DNA from: Oceanispirochaeta sp. | GTDB taxonomy: Bacteria; Spirochaetota; Spirochaetia; DSM-2461 | DNA: 64,000 nucleotides | Direction: 5' to 3' | NCBI GenBank assembly: GCA_963663385.2 | Contig: CAXXXD010000004.1 | Coordinates: forward strand, 512,001-576,000 | In this document: positions 1 through 10,790 of the stretch, one piece after another | Position numbering within the stretch: the stretch's first letter is position 1 | Layout of the letters: each line of letters opens with the position of its first letter | Program-made: the position numbers and the translations under genes | Notes under the pieces: model-generated | The model's database searches: none | Told to the model about the DNA's origin: nothing | Seen by the model: only the letters and a program-made list of their open reading frames with translations

Positions 1-818
1 CCTATCGGATCTCCCGCCCCTTGAACCAGTTGGAAAAAAGCATGCTTCGAATAGAGAATGGAGACTTCCATACAAAAGTTGCTGTTACCGGTCAGAAGGA
101 GCTGGTGCTGGTGGGGGCTTCATTTAACAGTATGATGGATGAGATCCGTCTGCTGATGGATAAGGTTGTGACAGAACAGAGGGAGAAGAGAAAAACAGAG
201 CTGAAAGCCCTTCAGAACCAGATAAATCCTCACTTCCTGTACAATACCCTGGATTCCATTGTCTGGCTGGCTGAAAACGAACGGAGTGAGGATGTGATTA
301 CAACCGTGGTTGCTCTGGCCCGTTTTTTTCGGATAAGCATTTCCAAGGGGAAGAACTTCATTCCGGTAAGAGATGAAATCGATCATATCAAGAATTACCT
401 TACCATTCAGAAAATCCGTTATGTAGATAAATTTGAATACCAGTTCAAGGTGGATGAGAATATCCGGGATCTTCTGGTAATGAAACTGATTCTGCAGCCT
501 CTTGTTGAAAATGCCATATACCATGGTGTGGGTGATGAAAAGGGTATTATCAGTATTAGCGGGTATAGAACATCCGATTTCCTTATTTTTGAAGTAATGA
601 ATTCAGGTTACGGGATTACAGACGAGGGGATTCAGGAGATCTACCGTGTATTGGAAGGCGGGATAGGGGATACGGGAGTAGGACTGAAAAATGTCTATCA
701 GCGATTGAAGATTTACTATGGTGACAGTGCCGATATCCGGATTTCCAGTGAACTGGATGAATGGACAAAGGTCACAATCCTGATCCCCTTGATTCCTGTG
801 AAAGGTAGTGAAAAATGA
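1..818 (+). CDS. YesM/LytS-type sensor histidine kinase (5'-truncated by window edge)
   Basis: HAMP end, ALQNQINPHFLYNTL H-box, ILQPLVENAIYHG N-box, GVGLKNV G-box; frame open to window start. Confidence 0.93.
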   Translation, partial: YRISRPLNQLEKSMLRIENGDFHTKVAVTGQKELVLVGASFNSMMDEIRLLMDKVVTEQREKRKTELKALQNQINPHFLYNTLDSIVWLAENERSEDVITTVVALARFFRISISKGKNFIPVRDEIDHIKNYLTIQKIRYVDKFEYQFKVDENIRDLLVMKLILQPLVENAIYHGVGDEKGIISISGYRTSDFLIFEVMNSGYGITDEGIQEIYRVLEGGIGDTGVGLKNVYQRLKIYYGDSADIRISSELDEWTKVTILIPLIPVKGSEK

Positions 819-1786
819 TGAATCGATATCTAATAATCATTGCGGCCAGTGCTGTTCTTTTCGGCAGCTGCGGCAGGAGTGATAAGGAAGCCGTTCTTAT
901 CCTGTATAACCAGGAAGATCCCTTTGTGGATGTTTTTGCCAGTCAGATCCTTCAGCAGGCGGAAGGGTTCAGGCTTGAGGTCTTTGATTCCCAGAACTCT
1001 CAGATTATACAGAATGAATACATCGAAAATCTGATAGATAAAAACCCGGACCTGTTTATACTGAATCCTGTAGACCGCCTGGGGGTCTACCCCATTATCC
1101 GGAAACTGAAATCAGAGAACATTCCAGTTATTTTTTTTAACCGGGAGCCTTTGAGAAAGGATATGGCTCTCTGGGACGGGGCTTACTATGTGGGCGCCCG
1201 GGCGGAGCAGTCGGGACAGATGCAGGCTGAGCTGATTACCGATCTTTTCGGCGGGAATCCTGCTGTTCTGAACAGTTATGACCTTAACGGGGACAATCGC
1301 ATCCAGGCGGTTATTCTCAAAGGGGAACAGGGGCATCAGGATGCTGAAATCAGAACCTCCGAGGTGATCCGTTTCTTTAAAGAGAAGGGATTCTCGCTGG
1401 ATCTGCTTGTTACGGAAGTTGCCAACTGGAGCCGGGACGAGGCTTATGACAAAATGGGGAGGCTACTTGAGCTCTATGGTTCTGAAATGGAGGTTATCCT
1501 GTCCAATAATGATGCGATGGCTCTGGGGGCTATAGATCGTATGCTGGAGGATAAGGTGGAATCCTGGATCCCTGTTGTCGGTATTGACGGTCTGGCCGAA
1601 GCGGTTGAACAGATAGAGGCCGGTCATCTGTACGGGACTGTTCTGAACGACTCGGAGACACAGGCCGAAGCTATCGTGTCTCTTGCCGAATTCCTGTTGA
1701 GCGGTGCGTCCGGGCAGGGGTTTACTTATGAACTGGAAAATGATCAATATATCTGGGTTAACTATAAGCCGTTCATTCTTGAATAA
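815..1786 (+). CDS. Galactose/glucose-type substrate-binding lipoprotein, probably sensory partner of the kinase
   Basis: Lipobox-like LFGSC; MglB-family motifs (IFFNREP, KGEQGHQDA, NNDAMALG, DLNGDNRIQ loop); overlaps kinase stop. Confidence 0.8.
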   Translation: MMNRYLIIIAASAVLFGSCGRSDKEAVLILYNQEDPFVDVFASQILQQAEGFRLEVFDSQNSQIIQNEYIENLIDKNPDLFILNPVDRLGVYPIIRKLKSENIPVIFFNREPLRKDMALWDGAYYVGARAEQSGQMQAELITDLFGGNPAVLNSYDLNGDNRIQAVILKGEQGHQDAEIRTSEVIRFFKEKGFSLDLLVTEVANWSRDEAYDKMGRLLELYGSEMEVILSNNDAMALGAIDRMLEDKVESWIPVVGIDGLAEAVEQIEAGHLYGTVLNDSETQAEAIVSLAEFLLSGASGQGFTYELENDQYIWVNYKPFILE

Positions 1787-1915
1787 TCATTTTATAAAGC
1801 ACAAACATTGGAAAATCTTATAAATATGTAAGAAGATATCACATTGTGGTCTCCCATATCGGTGCTAGACTTATCTCAATAACCAATAATTTTTGGTTAA
1901 AGGAGATAATTTTTT

Positions 1916-2932
1916 ATGAGAAACAAGTTAATTCTTATCACAATGATTGCGCTGATGGCTTTTTCCATGAGTGTTTTTGCAGAAGGCCAGAAGGATGACG
2001 GTAAAATTGTAATCGGATCCAATATGTACAGCTTTCAGGATAATTTCATGAACGGTGTAATGAAACCTGCCATGGAAAGCTACGCTGCAGAAAAAGGTGT
2101 GGAAATCCAGATTGTTGACTCCGAAGGTCAGCAGGCTATTCTTAACAACCAGATTGATGTTTATATCACAAAAAAAGTAGATGTACTGGCAATCAACCTG
2201 GTAGACCCCGCTTCTGCCCAGTCTGTAATCGACAAAGCAAAAGCTGCCGGTATTCCCCTTATCCTTTTCAACAAGGAAGGAACCAAAGAAGCCATGTCTT
2301 CCTACGACAAAGTATGGTACGTAGGTACCGATTCTGCCGAGTCTGGAATTATCCAGGGACAGATGATGGTTAAAGACTGGAAAGCCAACCCCGACTGGGA
2401 CAAGAACGGAGACGGAAAAGTTCAGTATGTAATGCTCAAAGGCGAACCCGGACACCCCGATGCGGAAGCCAGAACCAGAGAATCTGTAAAAGCTTTCACC
2501 GATGCCGGAATCGCTGTTCAGCAGCTGGCTCTCGAAGCAGACCCCAACTGGTCTACCCAGCACGGAAACGACAAAATGGCTGCCTGGCTGACTTCTTCCT
2601 TTGGAAAAGATATCGAACTGGTTATCTGCAACAACGATGGAATGGGATTCGGTGCCATTACAGCTATGAAGGCTGCCGGCGTAAGACTCCCCATCTACAG
2701 TGTTGACGCTCTGGCTCAGGCTCTGACTCACATTGCAGACGGCGAACTGGACGGAACCGTACTGAACGACGGTGTTAACCAGGGTAAAGCCACCATCGAC
2801 CTGGCTATCAATGCCGCCATGGGTAAAAACGTTACTGAAGGAACCAGCTGGAAGCTGACTACCGACGGATCAAAAGCTGTTCGTGTAGCATATGTTGCTG
2901 TAACTCCCCAGAATTACAAGGATTTCCAGTAG
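1916..2932 (+). CDS. mglB: Galactose/methyl-galactoside ABC substrate-binding protein
   Basis: AINLVD, YVGTDSAESG, DKNGDGKVQ Ca-loop, LKGEPGHPDAEART, GTVLND; RBS AAGGAG. Confidence 0.9.
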   Translation: MRNKLILITMIALMAFSMSVFAEGQKDDGKIVIGSNMYSFQDNFMNGVMKPAMESYAAEKGVEIQIVDSEGQQAILNNQIDVYITKKVDVLAINLVDPASAQSVIDKAKAAGIPLILFNKEGTKEAMSSYDKVWYVGTDSAESGIIQGQMMVKDWKANPDWDKNGDGKVQYVMLKGEPGHPDAEARTRESVKAFTDAGIAVQQLALEADPNWSTQHGNDKMAAWLTSSFGKDIELVICNNDGMGFGAITAMKAAGVRLPIYSVDALAQALTHIADGELDGTVLNDGVNQGKATIDLAINAAMGKNVTEGTSWKLTTDGSKAVRVAYVAVTPQNYKDFQ

Positions 2933-2960
2933 GAATCAATTGCTAGTTAATTGAATCGTT

Positions 2961-2992
2961 AATGGCTGGTCCTGCGGGACCGGTCATTTTTT
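2961..2992 (+). terminator. Intercistronic hairpin with U-tract after mglB
   Basis: ATGGCTGGTCC-TGCG-GGACCGGTCAT followed by T-run. Confidence 0.75.
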
Positions 2993-3085
2993 ACTTGTAG
3001 ATATTTGGAAACCAAGGTTTCCACCTTTATTATTTAATAAAGATGTGAAATGTCGTGCCCTATGTCACGAAGAGAGGTGATTCTT

Positions 3086-4609
3086 TTGTCGGAAGAATTT
3101 TTATTAAGTATAAAAAATGTCTGTAAAGCATTTTCCGGAGTCCGGGTTTTAAAAGATGTCTGCCTGAATGTCAGACCCGGGACCGTCCACTCTCTTATGG
3201 GTGAAAATGGCGCCGGTAAATCGACTCTGATGAAATGTCTGTTCGGCATTTATATTCAGGATGAAGGGCAGTTTTTTCTGGATGGAAAAGAGTATAATTT
3301 CCACGATCCCAAGCATGCTCTGGAAAACGGAGTCTCCATGGTTCACCAGGAGCTCAATCAGGTCGTTCAGAGAACAATTACAGATAATATATGGCTGGGC
3401 CGTTACCCGAAAAAGGGCGCATTTGTCGATGAAAAGAAAATGTTCAAAGATACGAAAGCCCTTTTTGAGAGACTGGGTATTCATCTGGATCCCAATACAA
3501 GACTGGATAAACTGTCTGTTTCACAGAGACAGATGGTTGAGATTGCCAAAGCAGTCTCCTATGATGCGAAGATAATCGTACTGGACGAACCCACATCCTC
3601 CCTGACGGATAATGAAGTTAAAAAACTGTTTGATATCATTTCCGTTCTGAAAAAAGAGGGAGTCGGTATAGTCTATATATCCCATAAGATGGAAGAGATT
3701 TTTGAGATCTCCGATGATGTGACTGTTCTGCGGGACGGGAACTCCATCGGAACCGATCGTATTGAGAATCTAACCATGGAAAAAATAGTGAACATGATGG
3801 TCGGCCGGGACCTGGAGGAACGTTTTCCTCCTAAAACCAATGTCCCCGGAGATGTGCATATGACTGTAAAAAATCTGTCGACGAAATATGCGCCCCGTGT
3901 TCATAATGTCAATTTTGATCTTCACAGGGGAGAAATCCTTGGTGTGGCCGGCCTGGTCGGGGCCGGACGGACAGAGATGCTGGAGGCCCTTTTCGGAGCC
4001 AGGACCCGTGAAAGCGGAGAGATCCTCATCGATGGGAAACCGATTGACAACTCCGATCCCCATAAAGCGATTAATAACCGCTTTGCCCTGTTAACGGAAG
4101 AACGGCGTGAAACCGGTATATACCCGATTGCGGATATCACCTTCAACTCCACCATATCCAATGTACAGGCCTATAAAAACAGGTTCGGCTGGCTTTTGGA
4201 TAGCAAAATGAAAGAGGATACGGATAAACAGATTCGGAATATGCGTATCAAGACGCCCCACCGGAGAGAGCTGATCCGTTCCCTGAGCGGCGGAAATCAG
4301 CAGAAGGTCATTATCGGCCGCTGGCTGTTAACCAATCCGGATATTCTCCTTCTGGATGAACCTACAAGAGGGATTGATGTGGGAGCCAAATTCGAAATCT
4401 ATCAGCTGATTATCGATCTGGCGAAAAACGGTAAATCCGTAATTGTGGTTTCATCCGAAATGCCTGAGCTGCTGGGGATAACAAATCGTATTATGGTTAT
4501 GAGCAATGGATATGTTTCGGGTATTGTAAATACGGAAGAAACAACACAGACCGAGATTTTTAATCTGGCGGCAAAACATCTGAATAATAATAGAGAGGCG
4601 GAAGTATGA
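3086..4609 (+). CDS. mglA: Galactoside ABC transporter ATPase (two NBDs)
   Basis: [40 protein letters not shown] start at 3086 after GAGGTGA preferred over 3050. Confidence 0.9.
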   Translation: MSEEFLLSIKNVCKAFSGVRVLKDVCLNVRPGTVHSLMGENGAGKSTLMKCLFGIYIQDEGQFFLDGKEYNFHDPKHALENGVSMVHQELNQVVQRTITDNIWLGRYPKKGAFVDEKKMFKDTKALFERLGIHLDPNTRLDKLSVSQRQMVEIAKAVSYDAKIIVLDEPTSSLTDNEVKKLFDIISVLKKEGVGIVYISHKMEEIFEISDDVTVLRDGNSIGTDRIENLTMEKIVNMMVGRDLEERFPPKTNVPGDVHMTVKNLSTKYAPRVHNVNFDLHRGEILGVAGLVGAGRTEMLEALFGARTRESGEILIDGKPIDNSDPHKAINNRFALLTEERRETGIYPIADITFNSTISNVQAYKNRFGWLLDSKMKEDTDKQIRNMRIKTPHRRELIRSLSGGNQQKVIIGRWLLTNPDILLLDEPTRGIDVGAKFEIYQLIIDLAKNGKSVIVVSSEMPELLGITNRIMVMSNGYVSGIVNTEETTQTEIFNLAAKHLNNNREAEV

Positions 4610-5640
4610 TAAGTTCCGAAAGAGAAAATCTCTTTAATGTCCGTAAGACAAAAGAAGAGTGGAAAGATTTTTTAATCAACAATGCAATTTATATTGTTAT
4701 TGCAGTCATCATTCTGATTGTTGTAGTAAACGAACCGTCTTTTGTTTCCGTAGCGGTTTTCCGGAATATCCTGACACAGTCATCGGTCCGGTTGATACTG
4801 GCTTTCGGTGTAGGGGGAATCATTATTCTGCAGGGTACGGACCTTTCCCTGGGACGGATGGTAGGTTTTGCAGCGGTTATTTCGGCTTCTCTCCTCCAGA
4901 GACCGGACTACCCCTCCCGGTTTTATCCTGATATGGCTCAGCTGCCTCTGTTTGTACCCCTGCTGGCTGCTATTGTGGCCTGCAGTGTTTTCAGTGTCAT
5001 TAACGGCTGGGTTGTTGCCAAGTTCAAAATACACCCCTTTCTGGCAACCATGGGGATGATGATTACCCTTTACGGTATCCTTTCTATCTATTTTGCTTCC
5101 GGTGCTCCCGGCCCCCAGCCTATAGGCGGGCATGATGAACGTTATGTGGCTCTGATTAACGGAAATGTCCTCGGTGTTCCCAATCTGGTAATTATTGCGG
5201 CCTTAACCAGTGTTATTATCTGGGTACTCTGGAATAAAACAACCTTCGGGAAGAACATGTACGCGGTTGGCGGCAACCCGGAAGCGGCAAAAGTATCCGG
5301 TGTAAATGTCACCAGAACCTTTATTCTTGTTTACCTGCTGGCCGGTGTGATGTACGGACTGGGCGGTTACCTTGAAGCGGCCCGTATAGGTTCGGCCAAT
5401 AACGGCACCGGGTTCGGTTATGAGCTGGATGCCATTGCAGCCTGTGTTGTCGGGGGGATCTCCTTCAGCGGTGGTGTCGGTAAGGTTTCCGGTGCAATCG
5501 TGGGTGTTCTGATGTTTACCATTATCAGTTACGGTATGACCTTTATGGGGCTGGATCAGTACTACCAGTATATTATCAAGGGTATTCTGATTGTTGTCGC
5601 CGTATCTCTTGATACAAAGAAATACCTGAAAAAAGTCTGA
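4606..5640 (+). CDS. mglC: Galactoside ABC transporter permease
   Basis: [32 protein letters not shown]; multiple TM helices. Confidence 0.9.
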   Translation: MISSERENLFNVRKTKEEWKDFLINNAIYIVIAVIILIVVVNEPSFVSVAVFRNILTQSSVRLILAFGVGGIIILQGTDLSLGRMVGFAAVISASLLQRPDYPSRFYPDMAQLPLFVPLLAAIVACSVFSVINGWVVAKFKIHPFLATMGMMITLYGILSIYFASGAPGPQPIGGHDERYVALINGNVLGVPNLVIIAALTSVIIWVLWNKTTFGKNMYAVGGNPEAAKVSGVNVTRTFILVYLLAGVMYGLGGYLEAARIGSANNGTGFGYELDAIAACVVGGISFSGGVGKVSGAIVGVLMFTIISYGMTFMGLDQYYQYIIKGILIVVAVSLDTKKYLKKV

Positions 5641-5662
5641 TTTTTCTCTGACTGGATTCCAT

Positions 5663-5708
5663 AGGGGAGATATTGTATGTGTTATCAGATACAATATCTC
5701 CTTTTTTT
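5663..5708 (+). terminator. Rho-independent terminator of the mgl operon
   Basis: GGAGATATTGTAT...ATACAATATCTCC followed by T7. Confidence 0.85.
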
Positions 5709-5786
5709 GAAATGCTGTAAATCTTTCAGAACAAACCTTTAAGCGAAAACGAAGGACCGGTTCTGAAATCCGGATTCCGGGGGGGA

Positions 5787-7130
5787 TTATACATCAATAA
5801 AGTCAAATTCAATCGGTTCAATGCATTCCCTTTTATTCACCATTCCCCCCGGTGGAACCGGAATGAGACCGTTGTTGATGATTAGGGGATCGTCCGTTCT
5901 GATCATCCAATTATGTAATTTTTCTCTGAGTTCAGTAAGTACTTCTCTGTATTCGGCTTTATCTGCCAGATTACGGGATTCCCGGGGATCCTGTTTTAAA
6001 TCGTAAAGAGATATTTCTTCCAATATGATGTTATTGAAATAGTTGCTTTCAATTAGATCCTGTTTGGCTGGACATCCGTCCGTATTCGCCGGTACCGGAG
6101 AAAGATCCTGATCAAACCGAACCACCAGCCTATACTGTTCCGTACGGATGGAACGTACCGGTTCGTAGGCCGCATGAAATGAAATTTCAGAAAATATCTC
6201 TTTTCGTACCGTCTTTTCCGGATTACTGAAAAGCGGTTTAAATGATCTGCCCTGCAGACCTGCCGGTTCGGAAACATCCAGAATATCGCAGAGGGTAGGG
6301 AACAAGTCCAATTGGGAAATCATGGCATCGCAGACTTTCCCGGCTGATGGATTTCCCGGGTAATGCATCATAAATGCCACACCGGTTCCGGTATCATTGA
6401 GATTGCATTTCATTCCGGGAAAAGGCATTCCGTGGTCTGTCGTGAAAATGACAATGGAGTTGTTCCATTCCCCGGAGGAATCCAGGGCATCCAGTATTTT
6501 CCCGACGCATCGGTCGACAATGGTGAGGGATTGATGGAATCCAGCCATATCCATTCTATTTGCCCGGGTATCCCTGACTGTTGCAGGTACAGACAGGTTC
6601 TCCACTCTGAGATTTTCATCCGGTTCGGGAAAAATCCTGTGGGTATTAAACATTCCGAAAGAGAGAAAAAAAGGTCCGGCATGTTCTTCCCTGATATAAT
6701 CTGCTGCTGCCGCCGCATTCCCCATATCGTAACTTTCGGTATCAAAAGCAAATGAATGGGACATTTCAAATTCCGTATCACCAATTCTTCTCTGATAGCC
6801 TATCCAGTCGGTTTCTGCTGCTACATGCTGGATCCCCGACAGAGTTGTCTCATACCCGTTCTTATTGAAGAAGCTTACCATATGATCGGAATAGTCATTC
6901 AGTTTGAACCCCCTGTGAGCCAGTCCCAGCATCCCGTTGCAGTGGGGGTAACGTCCGGTGAGCAGTGCTGAACGGCTCGGAGAACAGGTCGGGCCTGCAC
7001 AGTGGGCATTCCGGAACAGGGTTGCTCTTTCAGAAAAACGCATCAGTTCCGGTGTATGGACCGGGGCCCCATACGGTTCAAAATAGCGTCCGGAATCATG
7101 GGTGTGGATATATATGATATTATTCTTCAT
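5787..7130 (-). CDS. Cys-type sulfatase, N-sulfoglucosamine sulfohydrolase (SGSH)-like
   Basis: HTHD, CSPSRSALLTG formylglycine motif, TTDHG, GMKCNL, LYDLKQDPRESRNLA. Confidence 0.88.
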   Translation of the reverse strand: MKNNIIYIHTHDSGRYFEPYGAPVHTPELMRFSERATLFRNAHCAGPTCSPSRSALLTGRYPHCNGMLGLAHRGFKLNDYSDHMVSFFNKNGYETTLSGIQHVAAETDWIGYQRRIGDTEFEMSHSFAFDTESYDMGNAAAAADYIREEHAGPFFLSFGMFNTHRIFPEPDENLRVENLSVPATVRDTRANRMDMAGFHQSLTIVDRCVGKILDALDSSGEWNNSIVIFTTDHGMPFPGMKCNLNDTGTGVAFMMHYPGNPSAGKVCDAMISQLDLFPTLCDILDVSEPAGLQGRSFKPLFSNPEKTVRKEIFSEISFHAAYEPVRSIRTEQYRLVVRFDQDLSPVPANTDGCPAKQDLIESNYFNNIILEEISLYDLKQDPRESRNLADKAEYREVLTELREKLHNWMIRTDDPLIINNGLIPVPPGGMVNKRECIEPIEFDFIDV

Positions 7131-8670
7131 GTATATCCTCCTCTTTTACCCATATGGGAGAACTCCAGGCCCATTGATTGTTTCTCTGACGTATCCGGAT
7201 ATAGTAGCTGTCTTCTTTTTCACTCGTTACTGTATCGGTAAAGCTTAAATCTACAGAGTATTCCTCTTCCGGTATAAGACGGCTTACATGAAATGCTCCG
7301 GTCAGGAACCCCCCCAGATAATGGCTTTGTGATGATTCGGCTAGTTCTCTAAACGGAATGGAATGGATCTGACCGTTTACAGTCAGTTCCAGGCGGGCGT
7401 TCTGATTCCCTTCCACTTCCAGCACCACTGCCTGATTGGAGTTGGTTGTGGATGTTGAATTCCCCCAGGTCGAGGATGTAAAACGGAATGCCCTTTCATC
7501 ATTCTGAATTATTGTACTGAACTGGTAGATCCCTTCATGGCTGTCTTCCGGATCGACAACATCGATACCATGAAACTGTGGTTCCGAAGAGAGGATCCGG
7601 CCATTTACCACTTCAGCTGTAATATCCCAATCCTGCCGGATCCCTTTTTCTCCCCATCCCGCTTCCACTTTTATCTTTCCTTTAAGCGGGCCTGTCCTGG
7701 GATGCTCGACTTTTTCAGTATAGTCGAAACGTTTTATTACAGTGTTATTTCTCAGGATTTCAATGCAGTCCAGACTGTCTGAACCGATTATTCCGATTTT
7801 ATGGGTTCGTTTAGCCGAATAGGGCAGAACCGAGCCCATAGGGCAGCCATTGACCGAGTATTCCAGCCGGATCCTGTCTCCGGTTATGGCATACGTCCGC
7901 CCCTGTTCCATAGCTTCCCAGAGGGACTCTCTGGTCAACTCCTTCGCCCAGATTGCAGCGGCCCCGTAACCATAACTGCCGGGATGGGCGCTGTGATGAT
8001 CCGTGGATCCTATAATCCCGAAGTGATGTCCTGATTCTAATCCTTCCTGCATGGTACTTTTTCCGTTACGTGGACCCATGGTATGCAGATAGGAAACAGG
8101 CGCCTGATCACTTTCGGCACAGCCATGCATCGACAGGATTTCAACAAGGGGGCTTACCTCTTCGGAGAAGGTTTCCCAGTTTATTCCTCTGTACCCCCGG
8201 GCATATCCGATATGATGGGGGACAATAAAACATTTGCGGCCTGTATCGTTCTGTAATCGGATAAACTCCTGAAGCTCTTCAAAACTCTGCGGTTTTATCA
8301 TGGGATCGATCCTGTCCCTGCAGTAAACAACATAATCTCCGTGCGCTATAGAGTGCATTTCATAGCTGGGAAAGGTTATGAACTTACCGGGGGCATTATG
8401 TTTTTCAATTGCGTCGGCATAGTCCGTCCATCCTTTTTCCAGTTTTTCAAAACCGTTTTTATGATAGTCAACCACAGCTTCCAGGCGTCCTTTGCCATCA
8501 GGAATATCCGGCCAGAAAGCATGACCGGTTATGCTGGTAAAATCCAGTTGCAATCGGGCGTTGCATATAGCATCTTCAAGCGGTCCATGTCCGTAGCTGA
8601 TTCCGCAGTGATTATGAATATCTCCAAAAAAAAGCGTGTGATCCTTATAGGTGGGTATTTTATCAGTCAT
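7120..8670 (-). CDS. PHP-like metallohydrolase (DUF3604/CehA-McbA-like)
   Basis: GDIHNH, ITGH, PHH, VEILSMHG, GSTDHH, YAITGDRI, C-terminal AWSSPIWV. Confidence 0.75.
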   Translation of the reverse strand: MTDKIPTYKDHTLFFGDIHNHCGISYGHGPLEDAICNARLQLDFTSITGHAFWPDIPDGKGRLEAVVDYHKNGFEKLEKGWTDYADAIEKHNAPGKFITFPSYEMHSIAHGDYVVYCRDRIDPMIKPQSFEELQEFIRLQNDTGRKCFIVPHHIGYARGYRGINWETFSEEVSPLVEILSMHGCAESDQAPVSYLHTMGPRNGKSTMQEGLESGHHFGIIGSTDHHSAHPGSYGYGAAAIWAKELTRESLWEAMEQGRTYAITGDRIRLEYSVNGCPMGSVLPYSAKRTHKIGIIGSDSLDCIEILRNNTVIKRFDYTEKVEHPRTGPLKGKIKVEAGWGEKGIRQDWDITAEVVNGRILSSEPQFHGIDVVDPEDSHEGIYQFSTIIQNDERAFRFTSSTWGNSTSTTNSNQAVVLEVEGNQNARLELTVNGQIHSIPFRELAESSQSHYLGGFLTGAFHVSRLIPEEEYSVDLSFTDTVTSEKEDSYYIRIRQRNNQWAWSSPIWVKEEDIHEE

Positions 8671-8683
8671 CTGACTATTCCTT

Positions 8684-9721
8684 TTATGTTATTTCAATAT
8701 GTTTTCCGGTTTGTGCGGAAAGGTAGGCGGCTCTGATCATTTTCTGAGCTCTGATACCATCATCGAGGGACGAAACCGGTTCTACTCCGGAGCGGAGAAT
8801 CCTGATGAATTCTTTCGGAGGGAGGCTGTGTACTTCCGAAAAGTCAAACGGGCAGTGGATCTCTTTCCACTCCATTGTGTCGGAAGTAAACAGAGTCAAC
8901 TCCGGCCAGTAGGACTTTCCTCTATTTGAGGCACAATCGGTTTTGTTTTGTATGATGGTTCCCTTGTCTCCGTATATCTCCGTTGTCGGACCGCCGGCCT
9001 GCCAGTTCCAGGCTGCTTCATGAACAGCGAGGGCCTTATCCGGAAATCTGTATAGAGCCGCTCCGGCTTTTTCAGCTGTCCATCTCTCATGGGGAAGCAT
9101 CTGAGCGCAGACGCTTTCCGGCATGCCGAAAAAATACTGGAGGAGATCTGTTTCATGAATCCCTTCATCCAGGTAAGCTCCGCCGCCTTCCGTATCAGCA
9201 TTAGTGATCCAGGGCATATCATCTTCCAGACTCATCAGGCCGTAATGGTGCCCGTGTCTTTTTCTTATATGATTCACCTTGCCAATGACTCCCGACTCCA
9301 GAAGTTTCTTGATCCGGATATTTGAAGGAATCAGCCGCTGTGGAAACGACTGATAGAAACTCACTCCGGCGCTTTTGACTTTTTCCCGAATTTGCATTCC
9401 AGCTTCTACAGATGGTGCCAGGGGCTTTTCGCACATGATATGAATCCGGTGTCTGCAGCAGCAGTCAATCAGGTCATAATGTCTTGAAGGTTCGGAACAT
9501 ATGGCGGCCCCCTTTGTTTCCTCTAAGGATAACAGGTAATCCAAATCATCAAAAAAGGGCAGGCCGTACAGTTCGGCGGCCTGTCTTCCCCTTTCTGTAT
9601 TCTCATCCCATATCCCGCTTATATGAACACCCTCCTCCCGGAGGAAGGTCTCAACCCACTTATACTGATGAAGATGGGCAAAGCTGATAATTGCTATCCC
9701 GGGATTTTTATAAGCTTTCAT
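8684..9721 (-). CDS. Gfo/Idh/MocA oxidoreductase
   Basis: CEKPLA, GGGAYLDEGIH; start 9721 after GGAGAG. Confidence 0.85.
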   Translation of the reverse strand: MKAYKNPGIAIISFAHLHQYKWVETFLREEGVHISGIWDENTERGRQAAELYGLPFFDDLDYLLSLEETKGAAICSEPSRHYDLIDCCCRHRIHIMCEKPLAPSVEAGMQIREKVKSAGVSFYQSFPQRLIPSNIRIKKLLESGVIGKVNHIRKRHGHHYGLMSLEDDMPWITNADTEGGGAYLDEGIHETDLLQYFFGMPESVCAQMLPHERWTAEKAGAALYRFPDKALAVHEAAWNWQAGGPTTEIYGDKGTIIQNKTDCASNRGKSYWPELTLFTSDTMEWKEIHCPFDFSEVHSLPPKEFIRILRSGVEPVSSLDDGIRAQKMIRAAYLSAQTGKHIEIT

Positions 9722-10790
9722 TTTTCTCTCCCGGATCTGTTTCATACGGGGAAATATTGATCTGCTTCCCCTCTTTTATTGAATCGTATATGGCCTGAAC
9801 CACTTTCAGAGTCCTGAGTCCTCTCTCCAGAGGAGCGCGGCACTCAGTCCCGTCTTCTGTCAGACAATCGATGAAATGGCGCAGTTCATAGCGATGCCCC
9901 TTTATATTCCATTCATCCACATAGGGGACGGACCAACCGACATCAGAGGCCAGATGGGGCCGGTTCAAATCTCCTGTTGCTGCGGCTTTTTCTGTTTTGT
10001 AGGCGGAAATCCCATTGACTGATCTGGACTGGTCCAACAGCAGAGTTCCCTGTTCTCCGAATACTTCGGCTCTGATATCCAGTCCTCCCTGAATCCCCCA
10101 GGAGCAGACGAACTGTCCGAGGGTGCCGTTTGCGAAACGGCAGTTTGTAATAACGGTTTCCTCTACCGAACCATTCATGACCGCATCGGCGGTTACAGAT
10201 ATAATGGGAGAATCCAGCAGCCATTCCGACAGGCAAATGCCATGTATCCCGATATCAATCAAAGCGCCGCCTCCGGAACGCTCTTTATCTCGGAACCAGC
10301 CGGCATGACCGGGGCCGCTTCCCAGTTCATTAATCCGGAACAGTTTTGTATTGCCGATTTCCCCTCCGGCTATCATATCCCTGGCCCTGACGAATAGAGG
10401 CGCGAACAATCTGTTCTCTGCATAAAAACCCCTGACTCCTTTTCTACGTGCCAACCGGACGATTTCCTCCGCCTGATCGACTGTGAGAGCAAGGGGCTTT
10501 TCCAGAATAAAAGATTTTCCCCGGTTTATAGTCTCGAGAGCTGCCTTGTAATGCAGATGGTTCGGGAGGGTAATATCGACAAGATCAATATCCGGGGCCT
10601 GAACAGCCTTTACCCAGTCAGCCTCAATCCTGTAAGCTCCATATTCCTTTTGAAATTCTTCGGCGCGAGGGATTGAACTGCCGCATATACAGCGGATTTC
10701 CGTTCGTTCATCCTGCAGGTAGCAGGAAGCATGGGCTCCAGCCATAAATCCGGTCCCGAGTACTGCAATTCGAACTTTCTTCTGTGTCAT
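9708..10790 (-). CDS. Gfo/Idh/MocA oxidoreductase
   Basis: GTGFMA Rossmann motif, LEKPLA, GGGALIDIGIH; ATGA overlap with upstream permease. Confidence 0.88.
   Translation of the reverse strand: MTQKKVRIAVLGTGFMAGAHASCYLQDERTEIRCICGSSIPRAEEFQKEYGAYRIEADWVKAVQAPDIDLVDITLPNHLHYKAALETINRGKSFILEKPLALTVDQAEEIVRLARRKGVRGFYAENRLFAPLFVRARDMIAGGEIGNTKLFRINELGSGPGHAGWFRDKERSGGGALIDIGIHGICLSEWLLDSPIISVTADAVMNGSVEETVITNCRFANGTLGQFVCSWGIQGGLDIRAEVFGEQGTLLLDQSRSVNGISAYKTEKAAATGDLNRPHLASDVGWSVPYVDEWNIKGHRYELRHFIDCLTEDGTECRAPLERGLRTLKVVQAIYDSIKEGKQINISPYETDPGEKNESL

Noticed and set aside
1928..2731. 267-aa antisense ORF (similarly 29171-29875, 39252-39866, 43520-44266)
   Set aside because: Antisense shadows of genes with clear family motifs
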